Assembly: GCA_023515725.1 (NCBI GenBank) | Contig: JALDTO010000154.1 | Coordinates: 62,001-126,000, forward strand | Direction: 5' to 3' | Source of the DNA: Amoeboaphelidium protococcarum X5 | Lineage: Eukaryota > Fungi > Aphelidiomycota | DNA: 64,000 nucleotides | In this document: piece after piece, positions 52,993 through 64,000 of the stretch | Layout of the letters: each line of letters opens with the position of its first letter | Numbering within the stretch: the first letter of the stretch is position 1 | Program-made: the position numbers and the translations under genes | The notes under the pieces: generated by a model | Databases searched by the model: none | Told to the model about the DNA's origin: nothing | What the model saw: only the letters and a program-made list of their open reading frames with translations

Positions 52993-55900
52993 TCAATTGT
53001 TATCATCATCGGAATTCTCTTCTTCTCTGGGTTCACTGGCAAGACTCTTCTCGTAGAACGCCTTCTCATCGAGCCATCCGTTGGCGCCCAAATTCTTGAT
53101 CATCTCACTGATAGCTGGTACCTCTACCAGATTAAATTTGTACTGCTAGTACTTTAACATATCATCAATTATGTTAGATGTTTTCCTTCTCTTCTCGTAA
53201 TTGATAAAGTTAGATTCCGGCAGATAGTCTGGATTACCCAAGTCTACGAATGACAAGTCTGTGAGCAGGACACCAAGGAAGGGGACCAGAGGGGGCGAAG
53301 AGGCTTTCAACTTGGCACGATATTGCGCGTACTAACCTTTGGCACTGACAATCTCAGACAATTCATTATACATATCACTAATCTTAGCGTATTACTTGCG
53401 AAATAGTTTCCAAGTCTTGAACATTCTATACACAGGTCCTTGAGAGAGAGCAGCCACGATGGAGGTCAATGAGTTGAAATTGTTCAATTCCAAACATGCC
53501 TGCGCAATCTAAATCACATACTTGATAATTTAAACACGAGTCTTGATATCTGCAGTAGTGACAATAAGAGTCACAACCCAAAACGTCAAGTCATTAGTAT
53601 TTCTAATCATCTTTGTGACATTAGGACTCACTACAGATTTGTCCTTTTTCTCCCACGCAAGATTTATCAACTCTTTTGGTTAAACTTCACTCAGGGCTGC
53701 AGAATCCAGCAGTGTCAATTAACGTGCAATTTCAATGGGATCCAGTTCAAGGAATCCAAATTATCCAGACTTCAATATAGATCCAACATCCAATACTGAA
53801 ACATTTTTCGGTAGCAAAGGCTTCGGAGGATTGACAAGAGTGCCTTCATTCTATATCACGCGCTATGGCTATAAAGAAGAAAGTCCATTACGGAGCAGAT
53901 CCAACAATTAAGATGCCGCCTCACCAAAATCTAGACAAATTTTACTCTCCACGAACACAATGCTCTTATCCAAAAAATCTTTACTTCTCAAGAAGTCCTG
54001 CGGATACTTGTTCGCCCAGATCTTCAATAAATTCAATATTCTCAGTCTAATGGGAACAATCTTCTTATTAACATAAATCTCAAAACTTCTCTGGTCCAGG
54101 CCATAGGTTGGCGATATATCATATCTCTTGATCAACAAATCCAATAAATCACCTGCCGAAGTGAATGAACTGAAGTTCAACAGAAAAATGTTTCGATACT
54201 CATTGTCAGGCAGGTTGTGATCAACAAGTCGCTCAACCAGCTTTGGCAATTTTCCGCCCTTAATAATACTTTTACCATCCTTCACCTCAAACAGAAGACC
54301 TTCTTCAGAATCTTCTAGCAGTTTCTTCTCATACTCTGACAACTCTTATTGAGTCAAATCTTCATCACTTTTCAATGACGCCAACGCCAACTTCTCCCAC
54401 TGATTGAACAGATTACGAACATTCTAATTTTAAACCCAATCCTTCATGAACGATTCCATTTTAGTACGTTCTTCACTTTCAGTCTATCTGATGATGTTAC
54501 ACGCCAGTTTAACATATGACACCAATTCTTTAACTTTCTCAATGACGGGCTTAGTGGACATCAACATATCCGTGGCAGCATTCTGAGGAGGCCAAATACC
54601 ACTGGCCAGCTTTGCATTCAAAATAATCTGATCAGAGAGCATTAAAATGCTTGTTTAAAAGTCACGCAACATAATTTGAAACGGAGTTCTACTTACTTCA
54701 GGATTAACAATAAAAGACATGGACACATCGCGGAATAGATAATAAGGACGGACTTCATCGATTAAACCATCACACTTGGTGTAAGCAGCAGACGCATGGA
54801 CAACATATTCACTCTTTAAATCCTAATCTTTAGCCGCCTTAAGCTTCTGGACACATTAAACAAACTACCTGACCCAGTTATCAATTGAACTAAAAAAAGC
54901 TTGATCTTGCGGATTTTGAGTACCACCATTTGCCGGAAGAGGAGAGGTGGGCGACATCGGCGTCGAACGAGAATCTGTTGACACTTAAGCAGGCGAATTT
55001 ACAGTTTTTTAAGCAACGATCTAATCTAAAATCTTAGACTCAGCCTGACGCTAATAGTCTGAGTAACTCATTCCTCTGACTTTGTTCTCTGTGTTCATAT
55101 TCTTAATAGGGGACTAAGCTTGGACTTCGCCAGTGACTTTAAACTCGCTCAGATTAAAACTCTATATCGGCCAATGTCCAGACGCATTGCAAAGACCCAC
55201 CAGTTTAAAAGAACACTGACTAACAGCTAGCGCAGACTAAATCATATTTTTGACAGCGTCAACTGGAGGCCAAGCACCAACGGCGATTCTTGTGCTTAAC
55301 AGCATCTGCTTTAAATGATCATTCCTTAGCTGCTTGCAAAGCTCCCTAATTTTAATGTGAAGACAAGTTGACTTGAACAAACTATACTGTACTTTTCCCT
55401 TTTCGTCAAGATCCTTCTTATCGAGCCAAGTCTCAATTTGACGAATCAATTCACTGCCTTCCGACACGGCCTTTCCAGAGATGACCACATACTCAGCTTT
55501 ATTAGCCTCGTTACTAGCTTTGATCAGAGAGAGTACTTCTTTCAAATGCAAATACAGCTATCTATTCAAAACTGATCCAACAGGATGGAACATTTTAACA
55601 ATCACGGCGCAAACATCAGAGTATTCACCAGCGACTTTGAAATCTAATAACTGACTGACTTCATCCATAAGAGGGGCAACTGGTGGTTTGCAAGTTGCGC
55701 TACCAGCAGAGAATAAAGACAATATGTTCAACTATTTTCCAACTTCTTTGTAATCTTTATCATCTGTTCCAGACTTGACCTGCTCAAATAAAGATTGGAA
55801 AGGAGAGTCACGGTACAAAGCGCCAGTGCTCTACAATGCCCGATCTGATAGCCCCACAAAATTAACTACAATATTATTTAACTGATGTGCCGTAATCGAC

Positions 55901-56958
55901 ACTACCGACTAGCCAGAGATTCTGATAATCTCCTTTGCTATATCACCTGCACCAATGAGCATGGCAACATTCAAAGCATCCAAGTTTCCAGCTTTCTGTT
56001 TAGGATTACATCCAATTTGAAGAAGAAATTAAACAAGTTTGAGACAATTGGAATAAGTGGCAGCAATTATAGGCGTCAAACTACAGCCACCACTATTGCT
56101 AACTTTTCCATATTCCTTGTTAAGATACTAAATCAAAACGCTGGAGCCCACTTTCTACTATGCCATCTGAATAATGTAAGCCACTGACTCGACATAACCA
56201 CCAAGACATGACCATATTAAAGCATTATATCCATGTATATCTGTCAATTCTAATGCATCCGCACCTTTTTACATCAAATAGGCAACCACCTTCAATTGTC
56301 CTCTATTGGCAGCCTTCATCAATGACGTTTGCCCATAAGCATCAGATGTATCTATATCCATATTACCAGTCTCAATAACACGACTAAACTAAGTTAGTCC
56401 AATTAATGCCCCGTTCGTAACATCTGAGCCATAGTATGATGGTTCCCGAATTCTCACTGTGCCGAGAGAAGAAGCAGAGCCACCACTCTATTTTCTTTTC
56501 TCATTGACCATGAGCAATGATAATTTCTGATCAGCCAAACACAGATTATTATCGGCTTTTTCAAACTAAGACTATTTATCATCAAGCCATTCCAGAGCTC
56601 CATGTCTCAAAAGACAATTATAAGCTGATCTGAACTCCATCAACTTGGCCAATTTCAGAGGGGAACAGCCACCGAGATTACATACATTAGGATTCGCACC
56701 TTTGAGCAGAAGGACTTACAAGAAATTCAAATCCTACTATTATATAGCCAAATGAAGTAGAGTATTGCCAAATTCATCCAGTCTACTATCGATATCTATC
56801 AGCTTCTTGCCTGAAGTTGAAGCAGAACTAGACTAAATCAACAACTCTTACACAGCTCTTGAGTTGACCGAGTCGTTGGAGAGTGCATCTACTAACTGAC
56901 GCTTCTTGTCTTTATCAATTTGAATATACTATGGACCAAATTTTATAGTCGCAGGCAT
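52993..56958 (-). CDS. Ankyrin-repeat plus REM plus CDC25 RasGEF (about 1320 aa)
   Basis: Ankyrin motifs GNTLLHLAI and GQTSLMKAA; REM region IKGGKLPKLVERL; CDC25 motifs LELDPIEIARQLTL, LNNFNSL, PPLVPFLGVLLTDLSFVDLGNPD and INYEKRR. Confidence 0.9.
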
Positions 56959-57121
56959 ATCGATTATTATGAGTTAAGATATTTGTGATGAGATGGTGGT
57001 AATACGAGGAGACAAAACGAAGACGATCAGGAAAGGTGAATTAAAAAGAAACAGTTTCAAAAATTTGGATCTGAAACAAAAAATCTGGGTCACGCATCCG
57101 TCTCAAGTTTCATCATCTACA

Positions 57122-57896
57122 TCATTAATCGGCGACAATGTTCCTGAGTACATCCACATCCTTGTTATAATGATATCGCAACATTTACTATGAGAATCTA
57201 TATTGCCGCCATGTAGAGTCCATTTACTCAATCTAAAGACGAATAGAAAGAGGATCTTTGAAATCATTAGTTATACGCAATAGATCCAACTTTTACTAAA
57301 CTTATTAGATCTTGCTAACATACGGAGATATTTTGCCATACTGCTAGTCAAAACTTTATTCAACTATGATGGTGCGTAGACTTATCCAAGGCCCATACGT
57401 GGGGTGAACACAAAGATGAGAAGTGGGGTGGAGGTAGGCGAGTCCAGTCGCCTAAGCAAGTCTTTGGAACGGAACGTACTCGAATTAATTCTCCACGGTG
57501 CAGTATTTCTTGTGACTAAGCGCAGATTGGTTCAGTAATTCAGCATCAACAGCCTGCTGTAAATTGAATTCTATAGACTTGTCGAAAGGATCCTTTTCAA
57601 TCTGCAGATATTGTGGAACTGCTGCGTTTTAAGTTCTAAGGTGATCTTCAAATCCTTTCCAGTACGCGCAAGTATTGTACACCAGGTGAAGATTTAATGT
57701 CTTGTTAGAGGATAGCAATTGATTGAAGATTGCAAAACGTCCAATTAGCTACTCGATAGATCTATATACTTAAGTCTACGGTACGACAGTAACAGAGTGT
57801 GTCAGCAAATGATGTCGCTTTAATTTTAGTATAGCACGATGCATTCAAAATCGTCTTATATTCGGGATATATTCTTGAACTGAGAGAAGGATGCAT
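57122..57896 (-). CDS. MMACHC/CblC-like cobalamin-processing protein; 5' exon structure uncertain
   Basis: LVYNTCAYWKGF..KDPFD, VPFQRLAQATGLAYLHPTSHLCVHPTYGPWISLRTIIV and YRFSQQMLRYHY. Probable intron near 57776-57837. Confidence 0.65.
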
Positions 57897-58666
57897 TCGC
57901 TAAAGCCTTTATTTCAACCAATTTGGAACAGCTCTAAAAATACTACGCGTGCGGTGAAGAAAATAAACACAAAGATGTTGCTTAATACAAAGCTTGAAGA
58001 AGTGATATGAAGATTCTTGCACTTGATTCCAAAGTTGTTCACTCTATACATACACGCTGAAGCTGTACTAATGAACCTGCATTTTATTGAAATTTTATGG
58101 AATTCAAAGAAACGAGCGAACTTTTCAGAGTGTAGCCATTTTCTTGGAGAGTTGTTGGCTCAGTAGGAGCTGTTGTCGTTGGTCAAACTTGTCCATTCGA
58201 AGTTTTCTAGTCTGATATTCGATTCTTAAGACGAAAAAGATGGAAGACCAATTCTATGAAATATCCCAGTAGTACGAGAATGATCTACGCATTCTTATTG
58301 AGAATTACCGTCAGAAAGATATAAGATTCAGAGCAGCAATTGTAGCTTTACTCTGGTCCCCCGAAATTGAATGGCTGGAAAAGCCATGCGACGGACTTAA
58401 GGTGTCTGATGAAGACTGGTTTGCGTTGGTTGCGTTGGCCAATAACTTTTTGCAATCAAGACTCTAATATAACTTTCGGACGTACTGCGAGTTTTATAAT
58501 GGTTTATCTCAATGATTGAATGGGCTGATAAAATTCAAAAGTCTGGCTCTTAAAATTTGTCTATCAGGCTCTATACATTTGCGCTCTTTAATGCGTTTAT
58601 CAGCGTGATAGATGATGCGTAAAGATTCATGCGCTCAATAGATAAATTAAGTTTCATATTTAATTA

Positions 58667-59097
58667 TCACAATTAGTCTTTGTCTTTGTAAAGGCCCCAC
58701 TTGACTAAATACATGTGATGGTAATAGCCATTGTGACAATTGTAAATATCAATTTCCACCACAATATCGTCCCCTTCATTCTCATTACCTTCCAGAATCA
58801 TTTCGATCAGCGCGTGATAGCAATACTCATCATCATGTGGCTCTATGAGATCTCTGACTCCTCTGCCTAACCAGCCTACATATTTCACCTTTCTGTTCAA
58901 TAACTAATCTTCGTTTAGAGACATCGCAACTCCCCAACCCTCACAGCAATTTCTATAACTGGATATCAAAAACTCCATGGTTTGCAACGAGGTAGTAATC
59001 ACGTAACCTTCGAAGTCGCCGTCATTCTCATATCTTACCTCAACAATATACTCATCACCCGGTGAATAGTATCTACTCTTATCAATAAACTCTGCAT
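58667..59097 (-). pseudogene. Tandem copy 1 of a small virus/phage-like protein, frameshifted just after the ATG
   Basis: ATGC-AGAG here versus ATGCCAGAA in copy 2 puts the ATG out of frame. The body is intact: FEGYVITT..CCEGWG..IYNCHNGYYHH. Confidence 0.6.
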
Positions 59098-59246
59098 TTG
59101 GGCGTGAATATAGTTGATGATTAATGTGATCTTTAATGTGTGAAACAGTTTTCGTCGTGTTTTCATTCAGAGTAAAAGAGTAAAAATTTCATCAACCATA
59201 CAACTCATTAGATTAAGGGTCACGTGTTGTTATATCACTTTTTATT

Positions 59247-59657
59247 TCATATAATACCTTCATCTTCATATGATCCCCATTTGACATAATAAGAATGAGG
59301 ATAAGCGCCATTATGACAATTGTAGACATCAATATCAACCGCGATATCGTCCTCACCATCTCCTTCCAGTATCATCTCAATTGACGCGCTACGAACATAT
59401 CCTACATCGTCTTTGACATCCCTACCCAGCCAGCCTACTTTTTTCACCTTTCGATCAATTAATTATTCCTGAGCCAATGATAGATCAACTCCCCAGCTTT
59501 CAGTACTAAACTAGTAATTATCAATCTTAAACTCCATGATTTACAATGTAGTGGTGATCACGTAGCCTTCCAAGTCGCCGTCATTCTCATATCTTACTTC
59601 AACAATATACTCATCACCTGGTGAATAGTATCTACTCTTATCAATGAATTCTGGCAT
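59247..59657 (-). CDS. Tandem copy 2 of the small virus/phage-like protein (136 aa)
   Basis: MPEFIDKSRYYSPGDEYIVEVRYENDGDLEGYVITT...VYNCHNGAYPHSYYVKWG; clear paralog of 58667-59097. Confidence 0.7.
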
Positions 59658-59975
59658 TTTGATATAATCTGTGAGGACAATTTAATGTGATCGTTAAGGT
59701 GTGAAACAGATTTTATCGTGTTCTAAAAGGAAAAGGCTTCACCTCATCAAGCGCCAAATCGCACACTGGGTATGATGATTATAAAATTGAGAGATCGAAG
59801 ATTGAAATATTATATAAGTAATTACACAAAGTCAGGATTATATACAGGCAAACGCGAAACTATATCAAATAGTTACATTTAATCATACAGTTTTCATACA
59901 ATGAACATCAACAGGGACATGAAACAGTTGATTAAGAACAGCTAACTACTTGTTGGTATGTCCAATAGTATTTAA

Positions 59976-60110
59976 ATAGCCAGCTCAAGGTATACTACTG
60001 CGGTCGAGTCATATTTAGTACTCAAAAGTCCCATTCAAAAATGTGGGACATTTGTCCCAGTTGGCCAAACGCGATGTGCGACATTTGTCCCACTTTCAGT
60101 TGAGTGTATG
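59976..60110. repeat. Left copy of a dispersed repeat (internally deleted form)
   Basis: 60013-60092 matches 62536-62615 at 79/80, and 60086-60110 matches 62811-62835 at 24/25. Contains TGGGACA-TT-TGTCCCA palindromes. Confidence 0.85.
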
Positions 60111-60554
60111 AAACAGTTGATTAAGAGCACATCTAGACTAGTTCTATATAAACATTCAAATCTATTTGGATACTCAAAGTTTCATATTAGTTGGACCATA
60201 TTTAGCACCCGAACACTCAATACAGAAAGTGTTGGGACAGAACCGTAGTCCCTTCCTCGCACAGTGTAAAGGGCGACTCAAAAAAGCATCAGCAAGCACG
60301 ATATTCTTACCAGCATCTAACTCATACCATGCCATGCAAAGTAATAGTCGACATTCAAATATTCAGAGCACTCAAATTTTTCAACAAAAACTCCAATTTG
60401 CATGCGAGCATCAAATCCAGCAACTGTCGAACAAAGAGCCCCAGTGCTGAATCGTCAATTACCAACCATACCTACCGAGCTACCAGCGGACAATTCGTTT
60501 CACAACTTGGGCAATTCTAGTCTTCTCTTAGTATAAAACGCTATTTGACTGACC

Positions 60555-62305
60555 ATGACCGGCAAAAGCACCACTGATCAATTTGCTCTGGAAGAGGCAT
60601 CAGAGGAAGATGTACGACTGATTTCATAATATCTAGACCATATTGAGTTGCAGACAACAGCAGAAGGATTGGTCAATCTGCCAAAATTGTGGAGGAAGCT
60701 TCCATCAGCAGACTCTAACTGGACCAATGATGAAGCAGCACGAAAGTAGCTGCAAAGATGGAAGGCAAGTGAACAGTACTAAGCAGCAATGAAGTTGCAC
60801 AAGGGGGCATCACCATCTGACATTAGGATAGAGTTTGTATATCCATTCGTTCGCAGGTTGAAGTAGGACACGCCTATCAAGGACTTTGCTGTGGAATCAT
60901 TCAAACGCCTGGAGCGCCAAGTCAAAGCCTCTTAGGATCCTCAGACCACCACTCTCCCAGCCAAGTCCGACGCGTCATTAGAATCTCATCATGCAAGTAG
61001 TCAAGAAGACGGTAAGTCAGATTCGCAGAATGCATAACTGGGAAGTGCTGATAAGCTGCCATCTAATGACGCGCTCCCAACTTCCAATGATGGGCAAAGT
61101 GATCATGTAAGGCCAAAACTGCAAGAGAATGTAAGCTATACTGGGTAGATGGTATCCAGTAGTGGAAATGCACTGTAGCCAAAGCATGGTCAAGTGGTGA
61201 ATTTGTACTAATCAGTGATGACAGTCAGTGCCAACATTGCGGTATACTTGCCGGACGCCTAGAGTATGCCAGACGCCATATGGGAGATGGAGATGGTGCT
61301 GAGTCAGCTTCCTCGCGTGCTTCCAATACGTGAGCTTTCAAGTCAGCTATAACATCACCTCAATCCATCGGTTCTTGGGCTGAGTTATTGTGGAAAGACG
61401 TAAATAGATTGCTGGGAGGTTTGACGAGTGAAAGTTGGTAACTCGTTCAAGGGGTTGTCGCATCTGTATTGAGAGCACTATGCCTACCTCATTACTCGCA
61501 AGAAATTGGCTTGTTGTGCTGTGTATTCCTGACTATGTATGCACCGGAGGTGGCAGCCGATCTGGTCTCGAGGCTATACAAGGCAACTGGCGCGTGGAAC
61601 TTGCCGCAGCTTGAAGCCGACTGCCGCGTATTGGAGAACTTAATTGCGTCTGAAGAGGGCTACACTGAGGTGGCCAGATTCCGTCAAGGTTGGTTTGGAT
61701 AATGCTACGTAGTCAATTGGATGGCGTCCTGTTACTCAAAGAACGCTTAAAATATATATGCCAAGCTACCAACGTGGTCTACTTTCTGCTATGCCGAAGA
61801 TCCGCAACGTGCATTTCTAGCAATCGCAGTGCTTCATGCTCTTTCAGAATTACCTAACTCTACCGAGGAGTAGTTTAATCGTGCCGTAGCCGTTAAGCCT
61901 GGTAATTTGGTAACGGCTGAACTCTTGGAGAGTTCCTTATACTAACGGGCGCTCACCATGTGCATGAACGCAGAATTCAACCGCGTCTCCTACGCTGGCA
62001 ATGTGATAGCTGTTGCAAAACGTAATCATGCCTCATGTTTCCAAATGGACCATTTGAAAGAAGCATTACCTACTGTCGTTGCTCCTGCGCCTATCTCCAC
62101 TGAGAATTTATCCAGATGCCATCAGTGTAATGGTGAAAAAATTGCTGATTGTATGTCGTGTAATCAGGCGTTCTGTAATGAGCATTAAGCTGTGCATACT
62201 GATCATCCAACGACGCTGGAATCTTCAGATGGTGACACCAACTCTTCTCTTCTACTTAGCAATGTTGAAGATGATTCTTTGAACCTGAACAGTAGCACTT
62301 GTTGA
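60555..62305 (+). pseudogene. Interrupted ORF: possible KilA-N-like N-terminus, degenerate TBC/RabGAP-like domain and B-box-like Zn finger
   Basis: Frame +3 from ATG 60555 (IELQTTAEGLVNLPKLWRKL). Frame +2 has WKDVNRLL, HYSQEIGLLCCVFL, LEADCRVLENLI, YVVNWMASCY and CHQC-x6-CMSCNQAFCNEHQAVH. A frame change and an in-frame TGA at 61331 interrupt it. Confidence 0.5.
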
Positions 62306-62497
62306 ATAACTGAAGATTAACGTAATAATGAGGATGTTTTAAGATATATCTATGAAAAAAACACTTGGACTATTTCCTTTTTGAATCAGATTCAGATTGA
62401 AGCAGAGCAGAGAGGATCAATCTTCCATTTTACTTCAAAATAGTACAACAGATTAAAATCACTTGTTGACCAATTTTGTTAACTCACATATATTACA

Positions 62498-62835
62498 ATA
62501 GCCAGCTTAAAGAATTGTTACTGCGGCTGAGTGAAATTTAGTACTCAAAAGTCCCATTCAAAAATGTGGGACATTTGTCCCAGTTGGCCAAACGCGATGT
62601 GGGACATTTGTCCCAGTGGGACGTAGCGCAAGACGAGAAAATTCAAAATTTGACCCGGACCAACGTTAAAATTTTGTGTTTTAAATGTTGATTTAATATA
62701 TTTTTGCCTAATAAGTAAGCCAAACAACGCAAAACGTTGCTTTTATGTCTTTTCCAATAGTATTTGACCCGGACCAGGTCCGGGTCAGGTCCTTAGACGC
62801 TCCGTCCCTGTGTCCCACTTTCAATTGAGTGTATG
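62498..62835. mobile_element. Right, longer copy of the repeat; MITE/foldback-like
   Basis: An extra ~200 bp lies between two TGTCCCA. It is bounded by imperfect inverted GGGACGTAGCG...CGCTCCGTCCC and contains the perfect hairpin TGACCCGGACC-A-GGTCCGGGTCA (62765-62787). Confidence 0.55.
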
Positions 62836-63309
62836 GTAGTCCGTAGTTCCAAACGCATCTTTGTCAAGCATGGAAATCCTCTTAGATTCGCTGCTTAATA
62901 ATAATGTCAACCGTACCGACGCCTTTTAATAAGCCACTGGTAAACATTTAAGCTTCAGAACCTTGGAAATGGTCAACGAATCGAACGCAGTTTATCATAA
63001 TTCTGGTAGATTGCAATTCGACTAAAAAAAATTCCATGGCGCAGTGAGCGCGCGTAAAGCAATGCAAGGAGAGGAAGCAAATGCTAACTCGCAGCACCCA
63101 TTGCTGGCACCCAGTCTCTTGAAGGGTACTTGTCAAAACCGCAGCCTATTGTGAAGTCATCTTGCACGCGACTGAGTCCTTATCCTTCTTGACCTCAGCA
63201 AGTTGCTAAAACCATCCTTCAAGAAGAGTATTTTGATAATAACTATAAATATAATCTACGATTGAGAGAGTGTGATTTGATAAACAATTAAATATTTACC
63301 TTTTCATCG

Positions 63310-63440
63310 TCAGCCAGCAGACATCACCGCCAGAGTGTCGTACCCAGCCAGCACAGATATGACCGCGTCATACTATACGTCTTTCAGAGCAAAATCGGCA
63401 CCACGATATTTCTACAGAATCATTTGCATCTCTTCGAAAA
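63310..63440 (-). pseudogene. Degenerate RecQ-like helicase N-terminal fragment
   Basis: ILQKYRGADFALKDVQYDAVISVLAGYDTLAVMSAG-TGA resembles RecQ motif 0 leading into Walker A; several TGA stops on both sides. Confidence 0.35.
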
Positions 63441-64000
63441 TTCATTTGCAGCAGATAAACAGCGTGAGCTCAACAAAAGAGCTTCAGTCAAAACAGCCAT
63501 CTCAAAGCCGCCTGAAGCTACGCATGTGATAATTAGGACTCAAGTAATGCGTCACATAATTTGCAATCTCGAGTCGCTGACCTAACGAACATTATTTTTC
63601 TAAAGACCAATATACAAATATGGTACTTTAACTTTCATTTGCGCCAAGCCATCAGCTACTAAATAAACTGCACTTCGTCGTTCATAATATAATTACTGTA
63701 CGGGCAGAGTAATGAAAGTTGAAAAGAATCACCGCGAACTCATGCTGAAGTTGAACTGGTTTTACGCGGACGCGTCTTCGATGCATTGTTCATCACGGCA
63801 AAATCGGAAGGCAAGCTCTAACGTACAGTGTAAAATCAACGTGAAATAATAAAAGAGTGAAGACTAGGGCTCCGGCTGTACAGTAGTTCTAAAGGATTCC
63901 AATCTATATTCATGTAATAACTACTCGGAAGTGAAGGAGACATGTCATCTCACTCTGGTAAATCGTGTTAATATCAAGCTAGCAGGCTCCTTGTTTCAAT

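Noticed and set aside
58097-58519. Possible small plus-strand gene
   Set aside because: Competing frames (ATG 58097 versus ATG 58240) with no motif support, so no model could be chosen.
60042-60092. CRISPR-like palindromic repeats with 32-bp period
   Set aside because: Only two units per locus, the intervening sequence is identical in both loci, the context is eukaryotic and there are no cas genes.
59976-62835. LTR retrotransposon or Helitron
   Set aside because: No TG...CA ends, PBS, gag/pol or Rep/helicase motifs, and no CTRR terminus after the hairpin.
159-63529. The supplied ORF track read as many small genes or widespread pseudogenisation
   Set aside because: It treats TAA/TAG as stops. 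Its ORFs are fragments of long table-6 genes or off-frame and antisense shadows.

Overview
Gene-dense eukaryotic DNA that does not use the standard code. TAA/TAG read as Gln and TGA is the only stop, so the supplied ORF track is fragmented and mostly spurious. The code, short GT-AG introns and fungal-like gene set suggest an aphelid such as Amoeboaphelidium protococcarum (inference). Re-translating by hand gives about 30 genes: Nup205/192, a CCCH protein, a short CAND1, PPP2R3C, TAF7, tRNA-Leu(CAA), nicastrin, an atypical homeodomain protein, an ML-domain protein, a SLATT-like 2TM protein, Nsp1/Nup62, a double RasGAP, TSR2, Hda1-type HDAC, BLOC1S2, VAP, dynamitin, RPS5, DNAJC3, a CRAL-TRIO protein, an ankyrin-RasGEF and an MMACHC-like protein. 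Best candidate for an undescribed system: three copies of a head-to-head cassette of two unrelated-looking, signal-peptide-bearing 610-655 aa proteins (families A and B). Each 200-280 bp shared promoter carries the same inverted repeat GTGGCG-N19-22-CGCCAC, which suggests a co-regulated two-component secreted effector. The right end (58.6-64 kb) is accessory: tandem virus/phage-like genes, a repeat-flanked interrupted ORF and a RecQ-like remnant. All coordinates were derived by hand and no database search was run.
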